The position numbers were made by a program, and so were the translations under genes. The notes below the pieces were generated by a model that did not search any database, was not told the origin of the DNA, and saw only the letters and a list, made by a program, of their open reading frames with translations. Positions 48,983-62,300 of a DNA stretch of 64,000 nt are shown in pieces. This stretch comes from Podarcis muralis (taxonomy: Eukaryota), in contig NC_135667.1 in NCBI RefSeq assembly GCF_964188315.1, positions 11,904,001 to 11,968,000 of the forward strand. The letters run 5' to 3'. The stretch's first letter is position 1; each line of letters opens with the position of its first letter.

Positions 48983-51900
48983 GATAGATAGACAATATCA
49001 GTAATCAATGCTCAGCTGTACATAGTTTGACCCAAAAGCTGAAATATAATGCTCCATTATTTTCATGCAGTTAAGCTTTCATGCGATCATAATAGATTCA
49101 GAGCAGTAATAACTCCATTCCTGTGTCAGCAGTAGCTTTCACATAGTCAGAGTTATCATGCCTTAATTTGTCTGGATGTGCTACAATAACTTTTCTTCAT
49201 ACACTTGCTCCACCCCACAATTACTTCTAGCCATGCCCACCACTGGCCTGTGAGCCTTAAGATTTCTCAAAAGGCAAATGGTCCTTGCTTTCAGCAATGA
49301 TACCTACTCATACAACTCATAATGGAACACATCCTTTTTAACAATACGTGCCATTTATTCGGTCATCACCAGAAGCATGAATAATTTGAAATGTTATGGT
49401 AACTTGTCTATGCACCATGACATATAAATGCCGAATATAATGTTTACACAGCATTTCTTACCCTTCTGGTTTGCAACCTTCCCCTCTGGACAGGGATGAC
49501 AATCATAACAGCAAAATGGTTTCCCTTCCTTCTTTGTCTTGTGATAACCAGGAAGGCAATTGTCATTACACACTGAAATAGGGTGTGCCTGTCAACAAAT
49601 GAAAGAATATAATGTTTATCATACACAAAAAATGTCAAAATATGAGAATAAATATAGTTTCCCCCTCTTTTATTTCAGCACCTCAACATTGGGCCATTTT
49701 TCAATGTTTCTACCCATTTGTAATTGGTTTCCTTTACTATGGCCTTATGCTTTACAATTGCATTTGCCAACCTGTTGCACACCAGACTTTTTGAACTGCA
49801 ACTCACTCAGAGCACCAGTGCAATCTTGTTGCCTAGGACTTCACAGGAGTTGTAGACCAAGCCGTCTGGAGCACAGCAGACGATGAAGGCTACTTTTACA
49901 TTTGTTTTCTGATTGACCTTTTGGTTTGGTGGTTGCTAAGCTTATACAATTGCACATGGTATTCCTGTGAAGATAGATGCCTCAAATGTGAAATCAAATC
50001 TTGAATTGGAAATGGAGGTTCATTTGTTCATTCATTCTAAACATCATACATTACCTCCCAAAGGATCCCAAATTTGATCGAAGCAGGCAGGGCCAACAAA
50101 TTTCACTTTCTAAAGACTGAACCACTCATGATATTGGGAAGGGAATTAAATATATGTTTAAATGCAAATAGGTCCTACCTGGTTGAACCTGCTGGGCCAT
50201 ATGATGGCATCATCAGAAATGGTGAACAGATTCTCTGAGTGTGCCTGAGGATCTATCCTCCCAACTTTTGCTCTAAGGAAGGACTGGTTTGTGAATGTCA
50301 CCCAGTTGATAATATCAAATCCAGCTACTAATTCCCCATTATAGTCAAAGGCAACCTCTTTTCCAGCACTGTTGTTAAAGGGGGTGCTTCTCAGAAAGTG
50401 AGGGAGCTGAAAAAAAGAAAGAGATATAAACTGCCATCTTTGGATGCTAATTGTTTGTGTCTATGTGACAAAATGGGTTGCACATCCCTGTTTTGTCTGA
50501 TGAGGGAAATGCCATAGAAATTGGAATCTCAAGTTGCAGAACTCAGTGAGTTGGATTACCTGTTGTGGCTTTTTATTCTGGTCCTTCCATCTATCTCCAT
50601 TCAACACTGCCCTACGCTTTGATATGGAAGAATACATGGCATGCAAAGCATGTGCCACAGCATAGATGGCATTGTAGACGCTGTAGCTGTGGACAGTCAT
50701 GCTCATTTCAAAAACAGATCCAGGAAGAGACTCCAGTTTCTCTTCCCCAGTGCAGATATTTCCATCCCTCTTGTCTTCATCAGAGCTGGGGAGTGAGCAA
50801 TCAAATACCTTTTGCCAGAAGTCCCACAGGAAACCATCCTCTTTTTCCAGTGTTGGGTTCCTCATTTGCAGAAATTCCTGGAATCCTTCCACCTCCTTTG
50901 AGGAGATTGCAAGGGATACAGATCCATGGATGAAATGAATGTCCCAGCTTCTTTGAACGGGAATTGATGTGAAATCCACATCTGCTGTCATAATCCAGAC
51001 CTTTGTTCTCACTGATTGACCTTCGAACTTTGAGAGCTCGAGCAAAATTCTTAAGTTCATTATGGCCTGATAGTCACCATGAAAGATCACTGCATTGGCT
51101 GTGCTTTCCATGGTGATATTTATAATCCCACATGCCTCCTCTGCCATTTCATGGAGTTGATTAGAAAATCCTATATCTGGTATGGTTTTGACGAAGTCCA
51201 AGCAAACACCATTGTTGGAAAACACGGAAAGCAGATTCTGTACAAAAATCTTTGAACTGTGCACATTGAGGTAAAGCAGTCCAATCCAGATCCATCTGAA
51301 GTGCAGCAACAACTTGAGGATCCCCCTATGCTGCTGGGCCCCATTTGGGAACATCCAGTGGAAGAAAGCATCTTGGGGCTTGCTATTTGTATCTGGAGCA
51401 GGAGCATATGCGATCTAAAAAGCAAAACAGCAGGGGGTATGAAGTAAAGCTGTATTTAGGAACACTGAAAGCTGCCTTACACTGAATCAGACCAAGCCTC
51501 AGCTATCAGGCCCTTCCTGGCTGCCCTGCCCACCACCTTAGGGTCATTGATGCAGGACCATCTGCACTCCCTCTAACCCCCATGGATTATTTAGGAGAGA
51601 GGCAATTTCTTTTGCAGAAACTTCTGGGTTTTCACCTTCTACAGGCCACTAAAGAGAGAATTTGGAAAGGGGGGTATGTCAATGCCTTCTCCCTGCTCTA
51701 TAGGGAGTTTGTTAAGCACGACAGGGAGAAAGTTGAGGAAGTTGACACTGGCAAGCCTAAATGGAAGAAGGTGGGGAGATCTTAGGTAAATTGGCTACTT
51801 GACTATTTATGTTGGGGTGATTCTGCAGAAGGAACCCCTAATCCTAACATTTAAGTTAAAGCAGAGCAACTATGAGAAATGGATCTACATTAGTCATATC

Positions 51901-54511
51901 CATTAACTACAGTGAGTCTGCACTGAGTAAACTACAATTGTATTTTGCATATTGTCATTTTGGTGTCCAGCAAAATGAAGATTGTTCATCAGATATGGTC
52001 TCTCATTTCATATGCATGTGTGAAAGAAATCACACTCAAATTGAGATGCCTCACTCAGAATTTGACCTTTAAGCAGCATGCATAGTGGTTTTCTTAATTT
52101 CAGTCATATCACATTCCACTTCCCAACTCAAAACCTGCATCTTAAAAATAGTTTCCATAAACACAATTTACCTGTGGAATCTTGTAGATGCCCAGTATTG
52201 TTGCGGCCTGTCCAATGATGTTGGAACTTGGACCTCCAATAAGCATTACCAGTTTGTTCTGGTTATCACATTTGTAGTTAGGGATGAATTTGTCATGTGT
52301 GGAAAGAACTTTCAATGAGGCCTCGTATGTGAATTTTGTATTAAAATGATTATTATAGACATCAAAACCCAGAGTGATGTTGGGTAAGATTTGGGGGTTT
52401 CCATTAATCTCCTTCACTGCAAATACTAAGGCCAAGATGTGCTGGTAATTTTGTGTCACTATCCTGCAATGTGAATCATGTGAAATATTAGAATGCAGCA
52501 GTTTCAGAGACCAATACTTATTATTTTTTGGTTCAAGATGTGTTTCCTAAGTATGTTACATTAAGGCAAATTGTATCCTCAAGTTTAGGTAATGGAACCC
52601 TGATTCACAGAGCTGGGCATTTGACTTCTAGAAATATTAGCTCAATGACATAGCTTGTTTAGAAGTCAATAGCACATGGGCACACATGCTCAATGTTCAA
52701 AACAATTCATACTCACTGACTCAATTGTGTTAATAGCATAGATAGGTTCCCTCCATATGACATATAAGACTGTTTTGGTGCACATAAAGATGATTTTTCA
52801 AAGAATGAAAAACAGGAAATTCTTGTTTTTAGATGCTGCACAAAGTTCATGTTCAATTCATTCTGCAGAGATGGATGCATATACATCCTGTTCTTTGAGA
52901 AGGCAATTGAATATCCATAGTCAGCCATTACAACCTAAATGTAATTTTGCTTACTCCTTATGGGAGTAGTCCTCCATCCTACATAAAACTTGCAATATGA
53001 CATTTTATTTGTGAAGCAAAGGCAATCTAGAAAAACTACCTTCAGAGATAAAGTGCTTGGCTGTGGATAATCTATTGCCTACTTGTGTGTAGATTCTGGG
53101 TAGGAGTGTTATTTTATGGTTTGGAGTAAATGGTGAATTGCCTGTTTCTTTAGTTTCCCGATACATATATCAACTACTACTGAACATACTGAACATTTCG
53201 AGGTTACCAGCATGAGTTTGACCAAACTGCGGGAGGTAGTGGAGGACAGAGATGCCTGGCGTGCTCTGGTCCATGGGGTCATGAAGAGTCGGACACGACT
53301 AAACGACTAAACAACAACAACTGAATATGCACATTTACACGTGTCACATTTGTGAGGAGTCAGTCCGGCAGCAGCTATACTTTGGAACTCCCTTATTTAC
53401 ATTAAGCAGGCCACCTCAATACGCAGGCAGAGGGCCTTTTCAGTAGTCGCGCCTGCCCTGTGGAACACCCTCCCAGCAGATGTCAAGAAGATAAACAGCT
53501 ACATGATTTCTAAAAGACTTCTGAAGGCAGCCTTGTTCAGTGAAGTTTTTAGTGTGATGTTGTGCCATGTTTTTATTATTTTTTGTTGGGAGCCTCCCAG
53601 AGTGACTGGGAAACCTAGGCAGATGGCTGGCATATGTTGTTGTTGTTGTTGTTGTGGTTGTTTTAGATGCTTGCTAGAAAGCATTTTTCTTTTTTAGAAA
53701 TAACCTATATAGACATCATGTGGGACGCGGGTGGTGCTGTGGGTAAAACCTCAGCGCCTAGGGCTTGCCGATCGAAAGGTTGGCGGTTCGAATCCCCGTG
53801 GCGGGGTGCGCTCCCGCTGCTCGGTCCCAGCGCCTGCCAACCTAGCAGTTCGAAAGCACCCCCGGGTGCAAGTAGATAAATAGGGGCCGCTTACCAGCGG
53901 GAAGGTAAACGGCGTTTCCGTGTGCGGCTCTGGCTCGCCAGAGCAGCGATGTCACGCTGGCCACGTGACCCGGAAGTGTCTCCGGACAGCGCTGGCCCCC
54001 GGCCTCTTGAGTGAGATGGGCGCACAACCCTAGAGTCTGTCAAGACTGGCCCATACGGGCAGGGGTACCTTTATATAGACATCATAAGTTATTTATATAT
54101 AATGTGTTGATTTAAAAAATATATAATTATACTATTTTCTATACACCTTTTAGATATTTTTTTTAAAAATACACGCACACAAACATCATTTATATATATT
54201 TTTGTAATTAAACAAACCCACCCTATCCAAAAATACTTGGACAGAAGTATGGTATGGTTAACATACTCAGCTCCTTACATAAAGTCATCAATCAACTCCT
54301 GAGAGGGATGCCTTCTGAATGTTATAAGGTCATAAATGATGAAGATCTGAGACATTATAACACCAATGGTGAACTCCCCTGACTGATAATACCTGTGAAG
54401 AATAGGAGCAGGTTTACCAATCACACATTTGGCTGTAGGAATGCCGCTCACTGTCTGAAGCAGCAGCAGAAATTGCAGCACCATTAAAGCCAACATTTTG
54501 CACACCAACAT
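47986..54511 (-). CDS. Vmn2r: V2R gene G, intact 6-exon receptor (about 878 aa), close paralogue of F
   Basis: Exons: 54279-54511 (alternative ATG 54496), 52172-52463 (292), 50560-51414 (855), 50179-50406 (228), 49462-49588 (127), 47986-48887 (902). Total 2637 nt. Confidence 0.92.
48914..48992. repeat. (GATA)n microsatellite just upstream of the gene G exon 6 acceptor
   Basis: Direct read. Confidence 0.95.
53200..53320 (+). mobile_element. Bov-B (RTE) LINE 3' end
   Basis: catgagtttgaccaaactgcgggaggtagtggaggacag..gcctggcgtgctctggtccatggggtcatgaagagtcggacacgactaaacgactaaacaacaacaa. Confidence 0.88.
53420..53660 (+). mobile_element. L2 LINE 3' fragment
   Basis: agggccttttcagtagtcgcgcctgccctgtggaacaccctccc..ctgaaggcagccttgttcagtgaagttttt..cccagagtgactgggaaacc, ending in (TTG)n. 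Confidence 0.75.
53722..54071 (+). mobile_element. Full-length young Sauria SINE with 14-bp TSD
   Basis: TSD TATATAGACATCAT at 53706-53719 and 54072-54085. Confidence 0.93.
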
Positions 54512-54731
54512 TTCTTCTTGAAATTATCAACTGTTCACACATTGTCCTTCAATTGTCCTTGAGTATAACACATCTCAACTTGCATGATCACACATTTAGT
54601 GTATCATTTCATGATCTGAAGTCAGGATTTAGCTTTAGTGACTAGAATCATGGAATCCCAATTTTACCAAGTCTTAGCTCTGAATTAGTCCTTCATTTGT
54701 GGTTTATAGTTGTGCTTTTGGCTACCAGGAA

Positions 54732-54786
54732 TCCTTTGGGACATGATGAAGAAGTTGAACGAACAATGGTAAATTTGAAATAATTG
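54732..54786 (-). promoter_or_regulatory. Orthologous O/E-like plus homeodomain motif upstream of gene G
   Basis: TCCTTTGGGA at 54732-54741, TAATTG at 54781-54786; the preceding GCTACCAGGAA matches GCTACTGGAAC in gene H. Confidence 0.35.
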
Positions 54787-55084
54787 CAGGGGAGAAAATT
54801 GCATGCTCAGAGTTAGGGGTTGTGTGGAACATTGCAGAAGAAAACATGTTTATCACACATCTTCAGAAAGTTTCAATGTTTATCTGCAGCAAGAGACACA
54901 AAGGCTTGCAATGACCTGTAGCAAGCCCCAGATAATGGAGAAAATGGAACACAAAGGAACGGGCAGTTCTTTATTTGTCAAAGTGGCATCATGTTTTGCA
55001 AAAGGTACAAACTAAAGCAGTGCTTAGTTTTTCAGCAATGGAATACTTCCCCAATAAATTGTGCAGCTCAGTATTGATGGAGTG

Positions 55085-55530
55085 GTTAAGATTATAGTGG
55101 AACCCAGGTATACAAAATTGTCTACCACCTCAAGTGTGTGATCACTAATGCTGAGGCATGGAGTGCTGGTGACCCAGGATGTTGGTCTTGACCAGGCTGC
55201 TGGTAACACTGAACTCCATGCAGGCTTGCGTGAAATGGTTGATGTGTCTCTATAGAGCTTCCTCAGAGTGTGAGGTCAAGGCTGCATTATCTTCAAAAAA
55301 CATCTCTCAGATAAGGACCCACCACACTTTTGCCTTGTCTGGAGTCATGCCAGATTGACTAGAACCCAAGCATTCCTTGAGTTGATGTACACACTAGCCT
55401 GTGAGAGCAATAGGGAGAAGAATATGCCAAATAGAGTTGGAATGAGAACACAGCCCTGTTTCACCTCACTCTTTATATGGCACCCATTCAAGGTTGAGCC
55501 ATCATACTGGACAGTTTGGCACATTTATCT
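55085..55530 (-). mobile_element. RTE-clade LINE reverse-transcriptase fragment (decayed)
   Basis: Minus-strand motifs 'GCVLIPTLFGIFFSLLL', 'EDNAALTSHSEEAL' and 'LEVVDNFVYLGSTI'. Confidence 0.75.
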
Positions 55531-55574
55531 CTTTTAGAGCAAATACCAAGGCCAGGATGTAGTAGTGCTGAGTT

Positions 55575-55986
55575 TGTCATGAGACAAAGGTTCTTGAGAA
55601 CAGAAGCAGGCAAGGCCTAGGCAGTGTGGCCTACGAGGCCTACACAAATCTTTCAAGCCTAGCTGTTAGCAGTAAAATGTTGTGTCACAGTGACTCGTGA
55701 CTCACCTTGGGTTCCCTATAAATGTAACCAGACATCTCTGTGGGCCTCAGTGTAGAGTGTGTGTGTCTCAGCCAATATGTTGTGTTGTTGCAGACAAGAG
55801 CAGCTCCAGGACTACAGTTAATCAGTAACTAAGATCTGTGCCTCTGTGAAGACTAAGAAAGCTGTTATGAGCACTCTGTGTATGCTCTTTAACTATGCTG
55901 TTTCTGAACAAGCTTATTTACTTCAGTAAACTTTTATTCTGTTTATGAAGAAGACTCTGTGTTGATTAATTCACCACAGCGCGACA
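55575..55986 (+). mobile_element. Solo LTR, 412 bp, with 5-bp TSD
   Basis: TGTC...GACA termini; TSD GAGTT at 55570-55574 and 55987-55991; TATAAA at 55717-55722; AGTAAA at 55925-55930. Confidence 0.85.
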
Positions 55987-56365
55987 GAGTTACTACTCGA
56001 AAATGAGAGAAATCACTACCGTATAATGAATGTAGAATGTACAATGTTTTTTGTATATATTTCAAATCAATTACTAAAGATTTTGAAGAAATCATGTTTA
56101 TCTGAATACAGAGGAACCAGCTTGGGTTTTTTTGTGACTGAGCAATTGAAAAAGCTACCAATCTGGGAATGGGCATGCCCCTATAACAGTCATTTTGTGA
56201 CAACATCCTAAAAAAATCATGCTATTCCAAATAAATACATCAGTCCCAAAAGATAATTAATAGCTGAAAATTTGAAAACAGACCAGCAAGTCCCCTTGCA
56301 AACAATAAGACTTGCAGCTAAATTAACCTGGACCAGAATTATAAACTTGATCATTAGTGAGTTCG

Positions 56366-59300
56366 TTATTTAAAATTTCTTCTTGCAAGCTGATCTCTAT
56401 TGTTCAAATCAGGCCTCAGCAAAATGACATAGCATTTAGGGGGAAAGATGCAGCCCAGTAAACCAGCACTGGAGGCTAAAATGGAAAAGATCTCCACAGC
56501 TACCATATATTTGCCCTTAGTACTCAGGTAGGTTGGAACAAAAGACAACCACACACTGCAAAACACCAACATGCTGAAGGTGATAAACTTGGCTTCATTA
56601 AAACTGTCTGGTAACTTCCTAGCTAGGAAAGCTACAGTGAAACTAACAACAGCCAGGAAACACATAAACCCCAAGACACAGTAGAACATGACACTGGACC
56701 TTTCATTGCATTGTAGTACAATTTCTTCAGTCATTGAGTACACATCAAAATCTGGGAAAGGGGGAGAGGTTGCTAGCCAAACAGTACAAATAGCACTTTG
56801 AATAAACGAGCAGGAAAGCACAATGAAGGCTGACAGTCTTTTCCCAACCCATTTCCTCATGATTGACCCTGGCTTTGTTGCCATAAAAGCGAGAACCACA
56901 ATGGTGGTTTTGGCCAAAACACAAGAAACAGCCATTGAGAAAATGATGCCAAAAGCAGTTTGTTGAAGAAGACACATCATTTTCTCAGGTCGACCAATAA
57001 ATAGCAAAGTGCAAAGGAAGCAGAGAAGGAGGGAGACGAGAAGAGTGTAGGTGAGGTCCCGGTTGTTGGCTTTGACAATGGGTGTGTCCCGGTGCTTAAG
57101 GAAGATGCCAAACACTAAAGCTGTGATGAAAGAAAAGAATACTGCAAATATAGCTAAAGTGATCCCCAAAGGTTCCTCATAAGACAGGAAGCTTATACGT
57201 TTTGGAATGCATGCATCCTTGTTGCGATTTGGAAACTGAGCTTCTGGACATTGAAAACAGTCATCCATATCTGTAAAAGTAAAACATGGTTCTCTGTACA
57301 TATAAAACTCCTGGTAGATATAACACATTGTGTTCAGCTAAGTCCTACTCAGAGAAGACCTATTAAAAGTAATGAGCCTGAAGTAGTCATGTCTTCAACT
57401 GGTGTACTCTGAGTAGGATTATTATTGAATACTTCCCAGTACAGTTACATTTTCTGAATGGGAGCCGCAAGTCAGTATCTAAAAAAGACAATTGAACCCT
57501 TCTAATGTCATCCTATTTGGAAGGTATCATTGTCAGGGATGATATTAGTCCCAACCTAAACAACCTAACATTTCAGTTTTCAAATGCCATAAACCTAGAA
57601 GTAAATGCTTCAGTTTTCGAACATGCATTGGAAGTTGAACATGCCATGCAGCTTCTGTATTGAGTTTTATATATTGAGGCTTCCATATTGAGTTTTCATT
57701 TTCGAATGTTCCAGAACTCAAATGGTCTTCCAGAACGGATTACATTTAAAAATCGAGGTACCACTGTATTGTGTTTTCTGAACATCTCCCTTAGCTGGAG
57801 AAACTGTTTCTCAACTCTCACCTTGACAGAAACAGTAAATATCATCAAATATGTTACAAGTTAAATTGTTTTTAATGACTGTGTTTCAATGTAAATATGT
57901 GTCTCATGTCTTCATTTCAGTCACAGGGTGGCAGAAAGCATTGTACATGACATTTATTACCCTTCTGGTTGGAGATCTTTCCTTCTGAACATGGAAGGCA
58001 ATCATAGCAGCAAAATGGTTCCACTTCCTTCTTGGCTCTCCTATAACCAGGTCGACAATTGTCATTGCACAGTGAATGGGGAAGTGCCTGTCCATAAATG
58101 AAAGAGGACAATATACTACAATTTAGAAAAATTAAGTTTTATTAGTTGGTAGCTGACAGTTCAATCAACAATTAAGAAATATAAAGTTAAGAAACTGGCC
58201 AATGCCATAGTGGAATCATGGTATCATTTACAGAGATCATTTTTTACACAGCCACTGATCACAGATAACATTGTGATCACATGTGATAACATTGTAGAAC
58301 ATTCCTTCAGACTGAGTCACTTCCATAGTCCAACAATGGGCCAGCTTTTAAACACTGAGCAAATGATTGGACACACCCAAAATATTCTTGGATCCTACCT
58401 GGTTAAACCTCGTGGGCCACATGATGATATCCTCTTGGATGGAGAACACATTTTCTGGAGGACCTAGAGAATGGGCATCCATCTTTCCAACTTTGACTCT
58501 CTGAAAGGACTGGTTTGGGAATACAATCCAGTTCATAATATCAAAGCCGGCTACGATTTCACCATTTTGATCAAATGTAACCTTTTCACCTGCACTGTTG
58601 TTAAATGAGACACTTCTTAGAAAGTGTTGTAGCTAGATTGAGGGGAGGAACAAAGCAATTCATAAATATGCACTAATGGATTCAACATGGCATCTTTCAC
58701 ACTTGAGGGCTGCGGTTCCATTTAAAAGCTGGATGCAGATTAAATATATTAGCAGTAGTATTTGAAGCAGCAACAATAACACATATAAAATACTATTATA
58801 ATTAAAGCTGATGTAAATTACAACTCCATCATATCTATCCATTGACCATGCTCACTAGGACTGAACATCACATGGACAAAACATCATGAAGGCACAACAT
58901 TGGCTGTTCCTGACTTAAATCTTGGGGGATAAAAAGCTCTAGGACAGAGCATTTTCTAAATAGTTATAATGCATTCACATTTATAATACCATTCCAGATA
59001 TTACCTTATGCTGTTGTTGATTCAGAAATGTCTGCCTCTCCCTACTGGCCCATGTTTGTTCTTTAAACTGCAATGACTGCATAGCATGCAGTGCATGAGC
59101 TATAGCATAGACTGCATTGTAAATGCTGTAACTGTGGCCAGTCATGCTCATTTGAAAAACAGATGTAGGAAGAGTCTCCAGACTCTCTGCCCCTGTGCAG
59201 ATTTTCCTTTCCATCTCATCCACCACAAATTTGTGGAATGAACAGTTAAATGCCTCTTCCCAGAAGTCCTCAATGAAGCCATCTTCCTTTTCTGAAGGAC

Positions 59301-62300
59301 TCTTCCTCTGAAGAAAGGTGTGGAACCCCAACACCTCCTTTGAATGAGTAGTGAAGGATAGAGCGCCATGGATGAACTGTAGGCTCCAATTTCTTTGTAA
59401 GCGAAGCGATGTGAATTCCATCTGGGCTGTCATCACCCAAACTTTTGCCGCAGCTTGTATGGGTATTTCTTCAAATTCTGCAGCCTGGGGTATAATTCTC
59501 AATGTTATCATGTCCTGAATTTCTCCATGTACAACCACAACATTGGCAGTGCTTCGCATCGCAACAATGAATGATTCAAAGCCCTCCCTCACTGCATCCT
59601 CAAATTCATTTGAAAATTTAAGTTTGGGGAATCTTTCTATGAAGTCAAAGCATATACCTCTTTCGGAAAAAATGGGAAGCACCTTTTCAACAAATTTCTC
59701 TGTATTCTCCTCATCCTGAGAAACCACTCCAATCCACATCCACCTGAAGTGCAGCAGTAAGTGGAGAATACCCATAAAATGATGGGTCCCATTTGGGAAC
59801 ATCCGGTGGAAGAAAAAAGCTTGAGTTTTCTCATTCATTACTGGAGCAGAGCCATATATGAACTAAGGAAAAAAAGGGGAAGGATAGGAGGAAAGAGATA
59901 GTTCTAAAATAATCATTTAAGATTAAGAACCGAAGATATCGCCAATCCAAGCAGCTCCTCAAACCAGATGGCAATCGGGGATAATTATTGGGGTATCCTT
60001 CACCTAACATGCCTCAGTGAAGGCCATTATCTGAACCCCTTACCTGTCCACACTAAAAACCAGCTAAACCAAATGGACTGCAAGCCATAAGTCAAAACAG
60101 TGTGAAGTAGGTGAAAAAGGGAGCACTCAAAAGCCAACCAAAAATTCCTGTTCAACCTTGAATTGGCAAATGGCTAATCCCACACTACTCAATGGTGAGA
60201 GGGTGAGATGCTATTAAAAAGCAGAAGGAGGACTTGGGTGAGGGGCAGCCTCTTGTAGGCAACTTCCTACTTTAAGCCTATTTACCACAACAGGCTGTAC
60301 GATGGTGAGAAAATGCTCCTCTCCTCAGGAGAAGGCAATGCAGGAGTTCCTCTTTCATAGAGTTGAGTAAGCCTACCCACAACTAAAGGTTGGGAGTGAC
60401 AATATCAGGGGTCAGCAAAGTTTTTCAGCAGGGGGGCAGTCCACTGTCCCGCAGACCTTGGGGGGGGGGGGCTGGACTATATTTTGGAGGGGGGGTTGAA
60501 ACGAATTCCTATGCCCCACAAATAACCCAGAGAATTAAATAAAAGGGCACATTCTACTCATGTAAAAACATGCTGATTCCCAGACCATCCGTGGGCTGGA
60601 TTTAGAAGGGGATTGGGCTGGATCTGGCCCCCGGGCCTTAGTCTGCCTACCCATGGACAATATGCATACCACGATATGCACCCTGCAATGTCCCTTCAAA
60701 ATCTCACATGAATATTAAGGAGTCTTTCCCTAGAGTCTGCCCTTACTTGAGGCATCTTGTACATACAGAGGATGGTTGCCATGTGGAGACAGACATTTGA
60801 GTTTGGTCCCCCAATAACTGCGACTGGAGTGTTCTCTGCATCACACTTGTAGTTGGGGATGAATCTGCCTCTCCGGGAGAGAAGTTCCATTGATGCCAGA
60901 TAGGTCCATGTTTCACTGAACTGGGTATTATAGACATGGAAGCCCAAGGTGACATTGGGTAAGATCTGCCCATTTTCATTTATCTGTTTTACAGCAAATG
61001 CCAAGGCCAGGATGTGCTGGTAGGTCTGAGGTAGAACACTGCAAGAAGGGTTACATGGTGCAAAATATTCATGATATTCAGATTAGGATGTTTATTATGT
61101 ATATAGATATATAAAAGATAACACTAAATTGGCTTGTATTTATGCTTGCAGTCCACAAAGTATAAAGAAATATTAACTTCTCCACAATAGCAGAAAATGG
61201 TAATAATGTACTTAGTAATGCTAAGATGATTGTGTTAATAACTGCTGGGGGAGGGGAGAGGAAATCTATTCGGTCAAAAGATTTCCTGTTCCCCTAACAA
61301 TGCCCACAGCTCACACACCTCATTGCTACATTAGAATGTCATTTGATTCATACATGTGTTGAAAACACAATATTAAATTAGGAATAATATTATATTATAT
61401 TATATTTAATAATAATAGCAATAGTAATAATATATTCATAACCATCCTTAGAAGTATTTACATTTATCATTCTCTTTATACAATAAAAAGTCTCAAAGTG
61501 ACTTGACAAGGTAAAATGCAACACATAAAAGCAATTTAAAGCCATAGAAAATTAACTGCACAAAAGACATAAAATGCTCATCCAGCAACATATTAATAAG
61601 CGCAAGCTCTACTAACCCCACTAAAATATGAGCACAAGAATAGGAGGCAGCATTAATTATTCCAAAGGTCTACGTAAATGAAAAGACTGACAGGGATGAC
61701 ACTAGGTACATCTTCCTGGTGAGGGACTCACAAGTTGTCAATGAATTTAACTCTTTATTCAAAGAAACAAAACAGCTCAGGCCTAGTGCTCACAGCAACT
61801 CTTCCTAGTAGGCCTTGACCAAATGAGGCAGTTGCGAGGACTGATGGTCCCTGCCTTCCCAACACTCTCCAAGACTCCTCTTCCCCTTCCTTCCTTCCCA
61901 AGCAATCTCAGGCACCTTTGTCTCATCTCTTGTTGCTGCTCCCTCTTCATACCTCTTCCAGTTCTGGGAGACCAGGAGGGAGAGGAACTGGTCACCGGAG
62001 GGGAAGACCCTCTGGCTTCTTCAGCAGCCCACCTGATCTCTGTCTCTTGGTTCCCCTCCTCTCCAGCTTCCACTTCTACCCCTGATTCTGGACTGCTCTC
62101 TGCCACAGCCTCTTCCTGCTCACTAAATCCTGCTGCCTCTTCAGTTTCCTACACATCCTCCTCCCAGTCTGCTTCCTCTTCTCCCTCTGACCCCTCATTG
62201 TCACCCCACTACCAATCTCCTAGCTCTGAGCCTTCTTCCCCTGGAGGTTCCCTTGGGGATTCCCCAGCTGGTGCCTCCCCCAGCCAGTGAATGACATTTG

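Noticed and set aside
47986-49008. 340-aa ORF with an N-terminal 'LSIYLSIY' repeat domain
   Set aside because: The repeat is the translation of an intronic (GATA)n microsatellite; the real exon starts at the AG at 48888-48889.
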